Below, piece after piece: positions 30,113-38,978 of a DNA stretch of 64,000 bases. This stretch comes from an uncultured Gemmatimonadales bacterium (GTDB lineage: Bacteria > Gemmatimonadota > Gemmatimonadetes > Palauibacterales > Palauibacteraceae), in the NCBI GenBank assembly GCA_963783385.1, contig CAWANJ010000002.1, forward strand, positions 96,001-160,000, read 5' to 3'. Position numbers and translations under genes: made by a program. Numbering within the stretch: position 1 is the stretch's first letter; the number at the start of each line of letters is the position of its first letter. The notes beneath the pieces were generated by a model. It saw only the letters and a list, made by a program, of their open reading frames with translations. It did no database searches and was not told where the DNA came from.

Positions 30113-30486
30113 TCGCCTCGTGTCCGAGTTCCGGGCTTCCCGCGCTCACGCGGCAGCTCGTCCAGGAGCTCGACCGCGCGCCGGAGGTGCGGTATCACGA
30201 TGGATCCCCCCACCACGAGCGCCACGTTGAACACGTCCAACATCTCTTCGTCCGCGACACCCTCTTCCCGGCAGCGGCTCACGTGGTAGGCCACGCAATC
30301 GTCACACCGGAGGACCATCGAGGCGACCAGGCCCAGCATCTCCAGGGTGCGGGCATCGAGCGCGGCGTCCTCGTAGGCCGCCTGGTCGAGGCGGAAGAAA
30401 CGTCGGATCCCGAGGTGTCCGGACGACAGGATCCGGTCGTTCATGCGCTCCCGGTACGCCCGGAACTCGTCCAGCCGATCCGCCAT
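30109..30486 (-). CDS. Carboxymuconolactone decarboxylase/AhpD-like protein
   Basis: EMLGLVASMVLRCDDCVAYH and VALVVGGSIVIPHLRRA. Confidence 0.9.
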   Translation of the reverse strand: MADRLDEFRAYRERMNDRILSSGHLGIRRFFRLDQAAYEDAALDARTLEMLGLVASMVLRCDDCVAYHVSRCREEGVADEEMLDVFNVALVVGGSIVIPHLRRAVELLDELPRERGKPGTRTRGE

Positions 30487-30677
30487 GGTGCCTCCTCCTG
30501 CTCGGGTCCCGGGCTCGCCGCGGACCGCGTGTTCGCGGCGAGCCTCATCATGCCGGCCCCCGGTCGCGCCCGCCACGGCCCGCGCCTCCGACCGCCGGAG
30601 GGGTCAGGTTGAGCACCTGAATTCGGACTCGCCTCGCGAGCCCGCCGACGTCCCGGACTGCCGTGCGAACCCGCTAC

Positions 30678-30902
30678 ATGGAGGCGCCAGCCGTTCCGAT
30701 GCAGATCCGGCTCATCCTGACCTTCCTCCTGGTGGCCCTGTCGTGGTTCTTCGCCGAGGACCTCGAGGGCTGGAGCTTCTTGCGCTGGTGGACGGCCGGG
30801 TGGCTGGCCCTCCTGGTCGAGATCCTCCTCGGCGGATCGATCCTGGGCGTGAGCACCGTCCTCCTGCTTCGAGCGCTCCGGCGAGGAGCCGTTCCCGGTT
30901 GA
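30678..30902 (+). CDS. Small hypothetical membrane protein
   Basis: Two hydrophobic segments. Start is uncertain (30663, 30678 or 30699). Confidence 0.55.
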   Translation: MEAPAVPMQIRLILTFLLVALSWFFAEDLEGWSFLRWWTAGWLALLVEILLGGSILGVSTVLLLRALRRGAVPG

Positions 30903-31110
30903 GCTCTCGATGAGTTCGTTCGAGCACGATGGTCGTCGGGTTCGGCAGGTCATCGTGCGGGACATCACGGCGCGCAAAGCGCTGGAGGACCGGCTGTCGC
31001 ACCGGGCGGGTGACCAGTGCTGGTCGAGGGCGGCGGTCGGATGGTCATGACGGTCGGGGGGGTGTGAGACGGGTGCCGCGGTCCCGGCGTCCCCTTAGCT
31101 TGAGGCGCCC

Positions 31111-33090
31111 ATGACGCAGGTGGCACTGGATCACGAGTTCGCGGCGATCCTCGACGGGTGTCTCGAGGCGCTCGGCGAGGAAGTCATGGCCGTGCAGGAG
31201 GAGCTCGCCCGGCGCGGCCTGGACCGTCCCCTGCCCGGGCACCAGGGGCGCGTGCAGGACTCGGCCGGCGGCAGCTTCTTCTATGAGTGGAAGGTGCCGG
31301 ACGGGACCTACGACATCCGTCCGGACGACGCCGTCCGCGTTCGGACCGAAGCCTCGGAGGCGCAGGGCTTCGTCCTCGGCTACCAGCGTGCCCGGTCCGT
31401 GGTGCGCGTGGCCGTCGGCGACTGGCTGGGCCGCCACCCCGAGCCCGTCGAGCTCGAGTTCGATCCCACCTGGCTGCTCGCGGCCCTCGCCACGCGCCTG
31501 GAGGCGATGCGGGAGGAGCCGGACAAGTTCCATCCGGACACCGTCCTGCGCCTGTTCGGTCGCGCCTATCCCGAGCTCGGCGAGGATGCGCCCCGCCTGT
31601 CCGGCTCGAACACGCTGAACGCCTCCCAGAGGCACGCGCTGGGACGGCTGCTGGGGAGCGACGTGCACTTCGTATGGGGCCCTCCCGGCACCGGAAAGAC
31701 GCTTCTGCTGGGGCACGCGGTGGCCGAGCTGGCCGAACGGGGCAGCGTGCTGGTGGCGACGACCACGAACGGCGCCCTGGACGAGGCGGCCGCCCGGGTG
31801 GCCGAGGTCCTGGGGCGCGGTGCCGTCGAGGCCAACCGCATCGTTCGGGTGGGCGCCGAGTACAGCGGCACGGGGGATCCGTCCCTGTCGCTGGACGCGG
31901 CCGTCGAGCGCCGGGTGCACGACCGCGGCCGCCGCGTCTCCGACGCCGTGGAGGAGATGGAGCGCGAGATGCTGTCCCGCGCCCAGCGCCGCGAGGCGAA
32001 CGGGAGCATCCGGCGACGCCATGGACGCCTGGTGGCCATGGCGCGCTCAGCCCGTGACGAGGAGGCCGTGCGACGACTGTCCCGGATCGCCGGGGAGCTC
32101 CAGAAGCAGGCGGTCCTGGCGCTGCGGGAGGCCGACATCGTTCTCTCCACGCTCGCCCGGCTGGCCGTGTGGGACGACCTGGCCGCCCTGCGCTTCGACT
32201 CGCTGGTCCTCGATGAGGCCTCCACCTCGCCCCTCCCCTACGTGTGCCTGGCCGCGGCCCAGACGTCGGGCCGCGCCGTGGCGATCGGCGACTTCCAGCA
32301 GCTTCCCGCCGTGGTCGTCTCGCGCGGAGAGTCGGCCGAGCGCTGGCTGTCCAGGGACGCGTTCAGGGAAGCGGGGGTCGTCGGGGACGCTCCGCCCGGG
32401 GAGCTCGTGCTCCCGGCCGCGCACGATCAGCTGTGCGCGATGCTCACCGAGCAATACCGCATGGCGCCGCCGGTTCGAGAGCTGGTCAGCGACCTGTTCT
32501 ACGGCGGACGGCTGGAGGACGCGGCCGAGGTCGTCGAGCGGAAGGGGCCGGCCTGGCCGCTGGTGCTGCTGGACACCGACTCGCTCGACCCGTCCGTCCA
32601 GCGCCAGGAAGGCTCTCGCGCCAACGCGGAGCACGTGGAGGCCGTGGTCCGCTTCCTGGAGGTGGCCGCGAAGGAGGGGATCGACGACGTGGCCGTGGTG
32701 GTCCCGTACCGATTGCAGGCCCGGCGGCTGGGACAGCTCGTCCGGGCGCGGCTCGGCCGGGCGGCGCCCCGGGACCTCGAGGTGAGCACCGTGCACCGCT
32801 TCCAGGGTCGCGAGAAGAGCCTGGTCGTGTTCGACACGGTCGACGCGCCGCCCGACCGGAGCTGGTTCCTGCACGAGGGGAGGAACCGGGACTTCCCGCG
32901 CCTGCTCAACGTGGCGCTGTCGCGAACGCGCTTCATGCTCGTCGTGGTGGCCGCCGTCGACGGCCTGCGCCAGGTGCTCCCCGAGGAGGCCCTCCTGAAC
33001 CGCGTCGTGGACCGGATCCGGGAGCGTGGCACCGTCCTCGATGCGAAGCACATTGCCGATGCGCCGCGCCTGTTCCGGGAGGTCTCGTGA
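31111..33090 (+). CDS. Superfamily 1 helicase (Upf1/DNA2-NAM7-like, AAA_11/AAA_12)
   Basis: LNASQ, WGPPGTGKT, LVLDEAS, IGDFQQLP, LTEQYRM, STVHRFQGRE and RLLNVALSR. Confidence 0.92.
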   Translation: MTQVALDHEFAAILDGCLEALGEEVMAVQEELARRGLDRPLPGHQGRVQDSAGGSFFYEWKVPDGTYDIRPDDAVRVRTEASEAQGFVLGYQRARSVVRVAVGDWLGRHPEPVELEFDPTWLLAALATRLEAMREEPDKFHPDTVLRLFGRAYPELGEDAPRLSGSNTLNASQRHALGRLLGSDVHFVWGPPGTGKTLLLGHAVAELAERGSVLVATTTNGALDEAAARVAEVLGRGAVEANRIVRVGAEYSGTGDPSLSLDAAVERRVHDRGRRVSDAVEEMEREMLSRAQRREANGSIRRRHGRLVAMARSARDEEAVRRLSRIAGELQKQAVLALREADIVLSTLARLAVWDDLAALRFDSLVLDEASTSPLPYVCLAAAQTSGRAVAIGDFQQLPAVVVSRGESAERWLSRDAFREAGVVGDAPPGELVLPAAHDQLCAMLTEQYRMAPPVRELVSDLFYGGRLEDAAEVVERKGPAWPLVLLDTDSLDPSVQRQEGSRANAEHVEAVVRFLEVAAKEGIDDVAVVVPYRLQARRLGQLVRARLGRAAPRDLEVSTVHRFQGREKSLVVFDTVDAPPDRSWFLHEGRNRDFPRLLNVALSRTRFMLVVVAAVDGLRQVLPEEALLNRVVDRIRERGTVLDAKHIADAPRLFREVS

Positions 33091-33533
33091 GGGTGATCGT
33101 GCAGCGCGTATCGCGCGCGGAGGTCCGGGTCGACGGAAGGGTGACCGGGGCCATCGACGCGGGCCTCCTCGTGCTGGCGGCCTTCGCGCCCGGGGACGGC
33201 GAGCCGGAGCTGGCCTGGATGGCGGACAAGCTGGCGGGCTTGCGCGTATTCGCGGACGCGGAGGGCCGCATGAACGTCTCGGCGCGCGACGCGGGCGGAG
33301 CCCTCCTGGTCGTGTCGCAGTTCACGCTGTACGGGGACGTGTCCCGCGGTCGCCGGCCGTCCTTCATCGGTGCCGCGGAGCCGGACGAGGCCGAGCGGCT
33401 CTACGACCGATTCCTCGAGCTGTGCCGGGGCACGGGCCTGCCCGTCCACAGCGGCGAGTTCGGGGCCATGATGGACGTCGAGCTGGTCAACGACGGACCG
33501 GTCACGCTGCTCATCGACCGGGACGGGTCATGA
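33087..33533 (+). CDS. dtd: D-aminoacyl-tRNA deacylase
   Basis: MRVIVQRV, VVSQFTLYGD, GRRPSF, GEFGAMM and NDGPVT. Confidence 0.96.
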   Translation: MRVIVQRVSRAEVRVDGRVTGAIDAGLLVLAAFAPGDGEPELAWMADKLAGLRVFADAEGRMNVSARDAGGALLVVSQFTLYGDVSRGRRPSFIGAAEPDEAERLYDRFLELCRGTGLPVHSGEFGAMMDVELVNDGPVTLLIDRDGS

Positions 33534-33576
33534 CCGTGGGCGGACGGGGGCGGCGCTCCCTTTGGCGTGGACGGCC

Positions 33577-33736
33577 GGGAGGGGGGACGGGGAGGGCTCC
33601 CTCGGTCGCCTGCGCTGCGCGCCCGCCGAACGGCTCGGTGATGTCGTCATCCCGGTTCGCCCTGGTTTCCGGACCGAGACGCATCCAGGCCGCTGCGCTT
33701 CGGCTCGGCTCGGGAGCCCTCCCCGTCCCCCCTCCC
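33577..33736. repeat. 25-bp perfect inverted repeat enclosing 110 bp (MITE/REP-like or structured RNA)
   Basis: gggaggggggacggggagggctccc (33577-33601) is the exact reverse complement of gggagccctccccgtcccccctccc (33712-33736). Confidence 0.8.
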
Positions 33737-33939
33737 TCCCATCTCCATCGGGCCGGACGCGCCGGGCCCGCCCGCACCCTCACGCCGGGAGGGAAGGGGT
33801 CACGGGGCTCTCCCGAACGCCGCCGGAGCGGAGCAGCGAAGAGATCACGTTGGCCCGAGATCCTCGGCGCATCCGGGTCCGGGCCGCACACCACGGTGTG
33901 CGGTGGGTGCGAAGCGCAGGCCGAGAGAGGGAGGGCCCC

Positions 33940-34464
33940 GTGACCCCTTCCCCGCCCACCACCGCGCCGAGGCCAGTGCGGATCGGCGTGATCGGCTCCG
34001 CCGACGCCGGTCCGGAGGCCCTCACGGCGGCGCGGGGCGTGGGCCGCGCCCTCGCCCGCGCGCGGGCCGTGGTGGTGTGCGGAGGGCTCGGCGGGGTCAT
34101 GGCGGCGGCCGCCGGGGCCGCGGCGGCCGAGGGGGGACTGGTGCTCGGCTTCCTGCCCGGCGAGGATCCATCGGCTGCGGCGCCCGGAGTCGGGCTCCCG
34201 ATCGCCACGGGATTCGGCGAGGCGCGCAACGTGCTGGTGGTGCGCGCCTCGGAGGCCGTCCTCGCGGTGGCGGGCGGCTGGGGAACGCGGAACGAGGCGG
34301 CCCTCTGCCTCAAGCTGGGGGTTCCGCTCATCGGGCTGCTCGACACGCTGGGCGGCTCGTTCTCGATCGAACGGTTCACCGATCCTGACACGGCGGTGGC
34401 CCGGGCCCTGGAAATGGCCACGGGCCGCCGGCGCGGACAGCATACACACGGGGAGACCACATGA
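33940..34464 (+). CDS. TIGR00725 family (LOG/DprA-like Rossmann) protein
   Basis: RIGVIGS, VVCGGLGGVM, GFLPG, ATGFGEARN and AGGWGT. Confidence 0.88.
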   Translation: MTPSPPTTAPRPVRIGVIGSADAGPEALTAARGVGRALARARAVVVCGGLGGVMAAAAGAAAAEGGLVLGFLPGEDPSAAAPGVGLPIATGFGEARNVLVVRASEAVLAVAGGWGTRNEAALCLKLGVPLIGLLDTLGGSFSIERFTDPDTAVARALEMATGRRRGQHTHGETT

Positions 34465-34898
34465 CGGCTTATCTCCTTCTCGTCACCCTCCTGGTGGCGC
34501 TCATCGTGAGCGTCGTCGCGTCGGCGACCCGAGACCGCAAGCAATCGCTCGAGGAAGACGCGCGTCCGGCGGCGAACGCCCGGCAGGAAGCGTTGCTCGA
34601 GGATCTGCGCGAGCTCGAGTTCGACTACGAGACCGGCGTGGTTTCGGAGGAGGAGTACCAGCGGCGCAAGCCGCTTCTGGCCCGTGAGGCCGTGGCGGCG
34701 CACGAAAGGGTCGAGGAGCTCGAGGGACCGAGCCCCGGGCGGCCCGCCGCGCCCGGGCGGCAGTCGGCCGCCGGCTCCGCCTGCACTTCCTGTGGAGCGC
34801 CGTTGCGCGAGGGCGCCCACTTCTGCGCTCGCTGCGGAGCGCCGGTGGCGGGGGCGGCGGGCGCCGGCGGCTCCCCGTCGCCGCGGAACGGCGGGTGA
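34461..34898 (+). CDS. Membrane-anchored zinc-ribbon protein (CcmI N-terminal-like region)
   Basis: N-terminal TM, LRELEFDYETGVVSEEEY, and CTSCG..FCARCG. Confidence 0.75.
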   Translation: MTAYLLLVTLLVALIVSVVASATRDRKQSLEEDARPAANARQEALLEDLRELEFDYETGVVSEEEYQRRKPLLAREAVAAHERVEELEGPSPGRPAAPGRQSAAGSACTSCGAPLREGAHFCARCGAPVAGAAGAGGSPSPRNGG

Positions 34899-35929
34899 GC
34901 GAGAGGAAGCCGGTCGACCTCCGCTCGGACACGGTGACGCGTCCCACCCCCGGGATGCGCCGCGCCATGGCCGAGGCCGAGGTCGGCGACGACGTGCTCG
35001 ACAAGGACCCGACGGCGGCACGGCTGGAGCGACGCGTGGCCGAGCTGCTCGGCAAAGAGGCCTCCCTGTTCTTCCCGTCGGGGACGCAGGCCAACCAGGC
35101 GGCCCTCCTCCTCCACGGGCGGTCGGGGACCGAGGCGGTGTGCGAGGCGGAGTCCCACCTGTTCCACTACGAGTACGCGGACGCGGCCTTCCTGGCCGGC
35201 ATGCAGCTCCGGACGGTGGTCACGGACCGGGGGCACCCGCGCCGCAAGGCCTACGAGGCGGCCATCCGGCCCGGGGACCCGCACCATCCGCTGACCAGCG
35301 TCCTGTGCGTCGAGAACACCCACAACCTCCACGGCGGCGTCGTGGTCCCGCTCGAGGCGATGCGGGCCGTGAAGCGTCTCGGTGAGGAGCGCGGGCTCCC
35401 GGTGCACATGGATGGAGCCCGGCTGTGGAACGCGGCGGCGGCCGGCGGCGCCTCGCTCGAGGCATACGCGGCGTGCGCGGACACGGTCATGGTCTCGCTC
35501 TCCAAGGGGCTCGGCTGTCCGGTGGGATCGCTGCTGGCCGGGTCGCGGGAGGTCATCGACGAGGCCTGGCGCGTGCGCAAGAGGCTGGGGGGCGGCATGC
35601 GCCAGATCGGGATCCTGGCCGCGGCCGGCCTGTGGGCGCTCGACCACCACCTGGACAGGCTCCCCGAGGACCACGCCCGGGCCCGGCGGCTGGCCGAGGG
35701 CTGCGCGGGGATCGAGGGGCTCCGCCCGGACGCGCCGGAGACGAACATCCTCATGATCCACCTGGAGGACCCCGCTCCGGAGCCGGCGGAGCTCTCGCGT
35801 CGTCTCGAGGATCGCGGCATCCTCATGTCGCCGGAGGGGCCCGGTCGCTTGCGGGCGGTGACCCACCTCGACGTGGACGACGCGGGGATCGACCGGGCGC
35901 TCGAGGCTCTGCGGGCCGCGGCGGCCTGA
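34895..35929 (+). CDS. ltaE: Low-specificity L-threonine aldolase
   Basis: DLRSDTVTRPT, PSGTQAN, ENTHN, HMDGARLWNA, SKGLGCPVGS and GGGMRQ. Confidence 0.93.
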   Translation: MSERKPVDLRSDTVTRPTPGMRRAMAEAEVGDDVLDKDPTAARLERRVAELLGKEASLFFPSGTQANQAALLLHGRSGTEAVCEAESHLFHYEYADAAFLAGMQLRTVVTDRGHPRRKAYEAAIRPGDPHHPLTSVLCVENTHNLHGGVVVPLEAMRAVKRLGEERGLPVHMDGARLWNAAAAGGASLEAYAACADTVMVSLSKGLGCPVGSLLAGSREVIDEAWRVRKRLGGGMRQIGILAAAGLWALDHHLDRLPEDHARARRLAEGCAGIEGLRPDAPETNILMIHLEDPAPEPAELSRRLEDRGILMSPEGPGRLRAVTHLDVDDAGIDRALEALRAAAA

Positions 35930-36041
35930 TGCGCGACGCCTTCCCGGTTCGGCCTTCCCGACCGCGCGATGAGGCCGGCGTGAGGCCGGTTACGACCGTA
36001 TCCCCTGGTCGCAGGGGACGTCCGCGGGGCACCCGAAGAAA

Positions 36042-36070
36042 TTGCGAAGGGTCCCGGGCTGGCGTATACT
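36042..36070 (+). promoter_or_regulatory. Sigma70-type promoter of recA
   Basis: TTGCGA (36042-47), a 17-nt spacer and TATACT (36065-70), 52 bp upstream of the ATG. Confidence 0.65.
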
Positions 36071-36122
36071 CGAGGTCCGCGATGGACGCCGCACCAACGA
36101 GAGGAAGAGGCAGGGAGCTCCG

Positions 36123-37181
36123 ATGGCCGTAGAGATCACGGACGAAAAGAAGAAGGCGCTCGACGTCGCGATCAACCAGATCGAGCGGCAGCACGGCAAG
36201 GGCGCCATCATGCGGCTCGGGGCCGAAGGGGCGCGCGTGAAGACGGAGGCTATTTCGACGGGCGCCATCAACCTCGACCACGCCGTCGGCATCGGGGGGG
36301 TCCCGCGGGGCCGCGTCACCGAGATCTACGGCCCGGAGTCCTCCGGGAAGACGACGCTCACGCTGCACGTCATTGCGAACGCGCAGAAGGAGGGGGGCGT
36401 GGCGGCCTTCATCGACGCCGAGCATGCCCTGGACGTCCAGTACGCGGAGAAGCTGGGCGTGGACACCGAGAACCTTCTCGTCTCCCAGCCGGACACCGGG
36501 GAACAGGCGCTGGAGATCGCCGAGGTCCTGGTCCGGTCGGGCGCGCTCGACGTCGTGGTCGTAGACTCGGTGGCCGCCCTCGTGCCCCGGGCCGAGATCG
36601 AGGGCGAGATGGGGGACGCGCACGTCGGGCTCCAGGCGCGCCTCATGTCCCAGGCGATGCGGAAGCTCACCGGCGCCATCGGCCGTTCCCGCACCGCCCT
36701 CGTATTCACCAACCAGATCCGCGAGAAGATCGGGGTCATGTTCGGCAACCCCGAGACGACCTCCGGCGGCCGGGCGCTCAAGTTCTACGCGTCGCTGCGC
36801 CTCGACATCCGCCGCATCGCCTCCATCAAGGAGGGGAACGAGCAGGTCGGGAACCGGACGCGGGTCAAGGTCGTGAAGAACAAGTGTGCTCCGCCGTTCA
36901 AGCAGGCCGAGTTCGACATCATGTTCAACGAGGGGATCAGCAACGAGGGCCTCCTCATCGACCTCGGGGAGGAGGCCGGAGTCGTCGACCGGGCCGGCGC
37001 CTGGTACTCCTACGGCGAGGACGTGCGGCTCGGGCAGGGCCGGGAGAACTCGAAGCAGTTCCTCAAGGAGAACCCGGACATCGCGGCCGAGATCGAGACG
37101 AAGATCAAGGACGAGCTCGGCCTCAGGAAGCCGGACGCCGCCTCCGAGGACGAGGAGGGCGAGCCGTCGGACGAGGATTGA
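36123..37181 (+). CDS. recA: Recombinase RecA
   Basis: [30 protein letters not shown] and [10 protein letters not shown]. Confidence 0.99.
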   Translation: MAVEITDEKKKALDVAINQIERQHGKGAIMRLGAEGARVKTEAISTGAINLDHAVGIGGVPRGRVTEIYGPESSGKTTLTLHVIANAQKEGGVAAFIDAEHALDVQYAEKLGVDTENLLVSQPDTGEQALEIAEVLVRSGALDVVVVDSVAALVPRAEIEGEMGDAHVGLQARLMSQAMRKLTGAIGRSRTALVFTNQIREKIGVMFGNPETTSGGRALKFYASLRLDIRRIASIKEGNEQVGNRTRVKVVKNKCAPPFKQAEFDIMFNEGISNEGLLIDLGEEAGVVDRAGAWYSYGEDVRLGQGRENSKQFLKENPDIAAEIETKIKDELGLRKPDAASEDEEGEPSDED

Positions 37182-37197
37182 GCCGCCCGGTCGCCGG

Positions 37198-37677
37198 ATG
37201 CCGGCTGACGAGGACCCGCGCGAGGAGGCTCTGAGGCGGGCGTTCCGCTACCTCTCGCACCGCCCTCGCACGCGCTCCGAGCTGGAGCGCCACCTGGCGC
37301 GCCGCGGCTACGACGACGCGGTCGTGGCCGCCGCCCTCCGGCGCTGCGAGGCGCTGGGCTACGTGGATGACCCCGCGTTCGCGGTCTCCTGGACCCTGGA
37401 CCGGATCCGCCTTAAGCCCCGGGGCATCGCCCGGATCCGGATGGAGCTCCGTGAGAAGGGCGTGTCGGAGGAGGACGCGTGGGCGGGCATCCGCCACGCA
37501 TTCGCCGAGGAAGGGATCGAGGAGCGAGACCTGCTCGAGCGCGCGGCCGAGAAGCGTTGGAGGGCCCGGCGCTCGGAGGACCCGCGGACCGTCCGCCGCC
37601 GCCTGGCGGCCTACCTCGAGCGGCGCGGCTTTCCCTCCAACGACGTCCGCGAGATCGTGGACCACCTGGTGCGATAG
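37198..37677 (+). CDS. recX: Regulatory protein RecX
   Basis: Follows recA. YLSHRPRTRSEL, GYVDDPAFA, RIRMELREKG and YLERRGF. Confidence 0.93.
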   Translation: MPADEDPREEALRRAFRYLSHRPRTRSELERHLARRGYDDAVVAAALRRCEALGYVDDPAFAVSWTLDRIRLKPRGIARIRMELREKGVSEEDAWAGIRHAFAEEGIEERDLLERAAEKRWRARRSEDPRTVRRRLAAYLERRGFPSNDVREIVDHLVR

Positions 37678-37841
37678 GCGGCGACGAGGACTCGTACGGC
37701 CACCGCGCTGAACGGAGCCCCCGAAAGGTCGATGGCGTCCGCCATGCTACCGGAATTCTTCGGAGCGGCAGGTTCGACGTTCGCAGCGGGGCTCTCATCG
37801 AATGCTGGGGTGCTACACAGGGATAATCTACGATTCGCTGC

Positions 37842-37871
37842 TTGACAAAAAAGGTAAATGTGAGCGAGATT
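37842..37871 (+). promoter_or_regulatory. Candidate promoter of the cysteine-rich peptide cassette
   Basis: Consensus TTGACA at 37842-47 in an AT-rich patch. A weak -10 (GAGATT, 37866-71) follows at 18-nt spacing. Confidence 0.4.
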
Positions 37872-37921
37872 CCGATTCCAGCGGTTACGGAGTTTGTGGA
37901 ATCGTCGCTCGGGATGAGACC

Positions 37922-38140
37922 ATGCCCAAGCGCTTGATCGTAGCCATCTCCGCCGCGATTGTGACCATTTCGGGGTCGGCCTACCTGTTGTCGCCAGCTA
38001 ACGTCCAGGCCGCTACCGCATCTGCCGGGCTGTGCGACCAGAGTTGCCATTCGAATTCTGATTGCAGCGCTGATCCCCTATGCTCCAAGTGCTCAGCGAA
38101 TCCAAAGTCTCCCGCAAATGGCTCGTGTGGTGGCACATGA
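37922..38140 (+). CDS. Secreted 72-aa six-cysteine peptide, cystine-knot (PCI-like) spacing
   Basis: The Sec signal MPKRLIVAISAAIVTISGSAYLLSPANVQA is followed by ATASAGLCDQSCHSNSDCSADPLCSKCSANPKSPANGSCGGT. It lies directly upstream of a DsbA gene on the same strand. Confidence 0.8.
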   Translation: MPKRLIVAISAAIVTISGSAYLLSPANVQAATASAGLCDQSCHSNSDCSADPLCSKCSANPKSPANGSCGGT

Positions 38141-38190
38141 ACCTGACACATTTCCGGTCGCTGACGAGTTGACCGGACCGGAGGTCGGGT
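38141..38190 (+). terminator. Intercistronic hairpin after the peptide gene
   Basis: acctgac (38141-47) pairs with gtcgggt (38184-90), and tccggtc (38153-59) pairs with gaccgga (38171-77). There is no U-tract. Confidence 0.4.
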
Positions 38191-38221
38191 CGGCTCATTC
38201 ACTTTCTGTCGGGACGGTCGG

Positions 38222-38899
38222 GTGGGCCGGTCGGATCAATTTCAGAACGTAGCCGTGGGCATCCTCGCCGCGTGCGCGGTGGTCACGACGGCCCTGGTTG
38301 CGCGCCACGAACTGACCTCTCGTCGGCGAGCTCCCGAGAATCCAGGTCGGTACCGAGTCGATGCCCGGACGCAGAAGACCGCGCAGGACGGGGGGCACCT
38401 GATCGGCAATCGACAAGCCGCCTTGAAGATCGTGGAGTTTGCGGATCTGGAGTGTCCATTCTGCGCCCGAGCTCAATCCGTTCTGGACTCGGTGATGGAC
38501 GCCTTCCACGGACGGGTGGCCGTAATCTTCCGCCACGATCCCATTTCCGATCTCCATCCCCACGCCTTCCGCGCAGCTCTTTCCTCGGAATGCGCCGGGG
38601 AGCAGCATCGATTTCCTGCTTTTGTGCGCGAGATCTACGCCATCCAGGATTCTCTCGGGCTCATCCCCCGGGTCCAGCTTGCAGCGAGGGCGGGGGTCCG
38701 GGACACCATCCGATTCAAATCGTGCCTCGACAATGGGCGATATGAGGATGTGATTGCCAGGGACGCGCGTGCGGCGAGGCGCCTCGGCGTCTCAGGCACA
38801 CCGACGTTTCTGATCGGTGAGACCGTCCAGAGAGGTCTGCCCCCCGATAGCGTTCTGGTCCATGAGATACGAACTGCGCTGGGGGAGCGATCGCACTGA
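38222..38899 (+). CDS. Membrane-anchored DsbA-family thiol-disulfide oxidoreductase
   Basis: N-terminal hydrophobic anchor, IVEFADLECPFC, FRHDPISDLHPHAF, ECAGEQ and LGVSGTPTFLI. Confidence 0.92.
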   Translation: MGRSDQFQNVAVGILAACAVVTTALVARHELTSRRRAPENPGRYRVDARTQKTAQDGGHLIGNRQAALKIVEFADLECPFCARAQSVLDSVMDAFHGRVAVIFRHDPISDLHPHAFRAALSSECAGEQHRFPAFVREIYAIQDSLGLIPRVQLAARAGVRDTIRFKSCLDNGRYEDVIARDARAARRLGVSGTPTFLIGETVQRGLPPDSVLVHEIRTALGERSH

Positions 38900-38978
38900 G
38901 ATACAGCCTCGTTCCCCTGCCCCGTCACGTACGGACGCCCGGGTCGGAGCCGCGGAAGCTCCTGCGGTCGGGACCGCG

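Noticed and set aside
35988-36003. Near-palindrome GGTTACGACCGTATCC upstream of recA as an SOS box
   Set aside because: It lies about 40 bp upstream of the -35 element, matches no LexA motif I can confirm, and was not seen before rarA.
37922-38140. Peptide as a ranthipeptide/SCIFF substrate of the radical SAM enzyme at 9-1140, or as a metallothionein
   Set aside because: The enzyme is 37 kb away. The Sec signal, even Cys count and adjacent DsbA favour disulfide formation.
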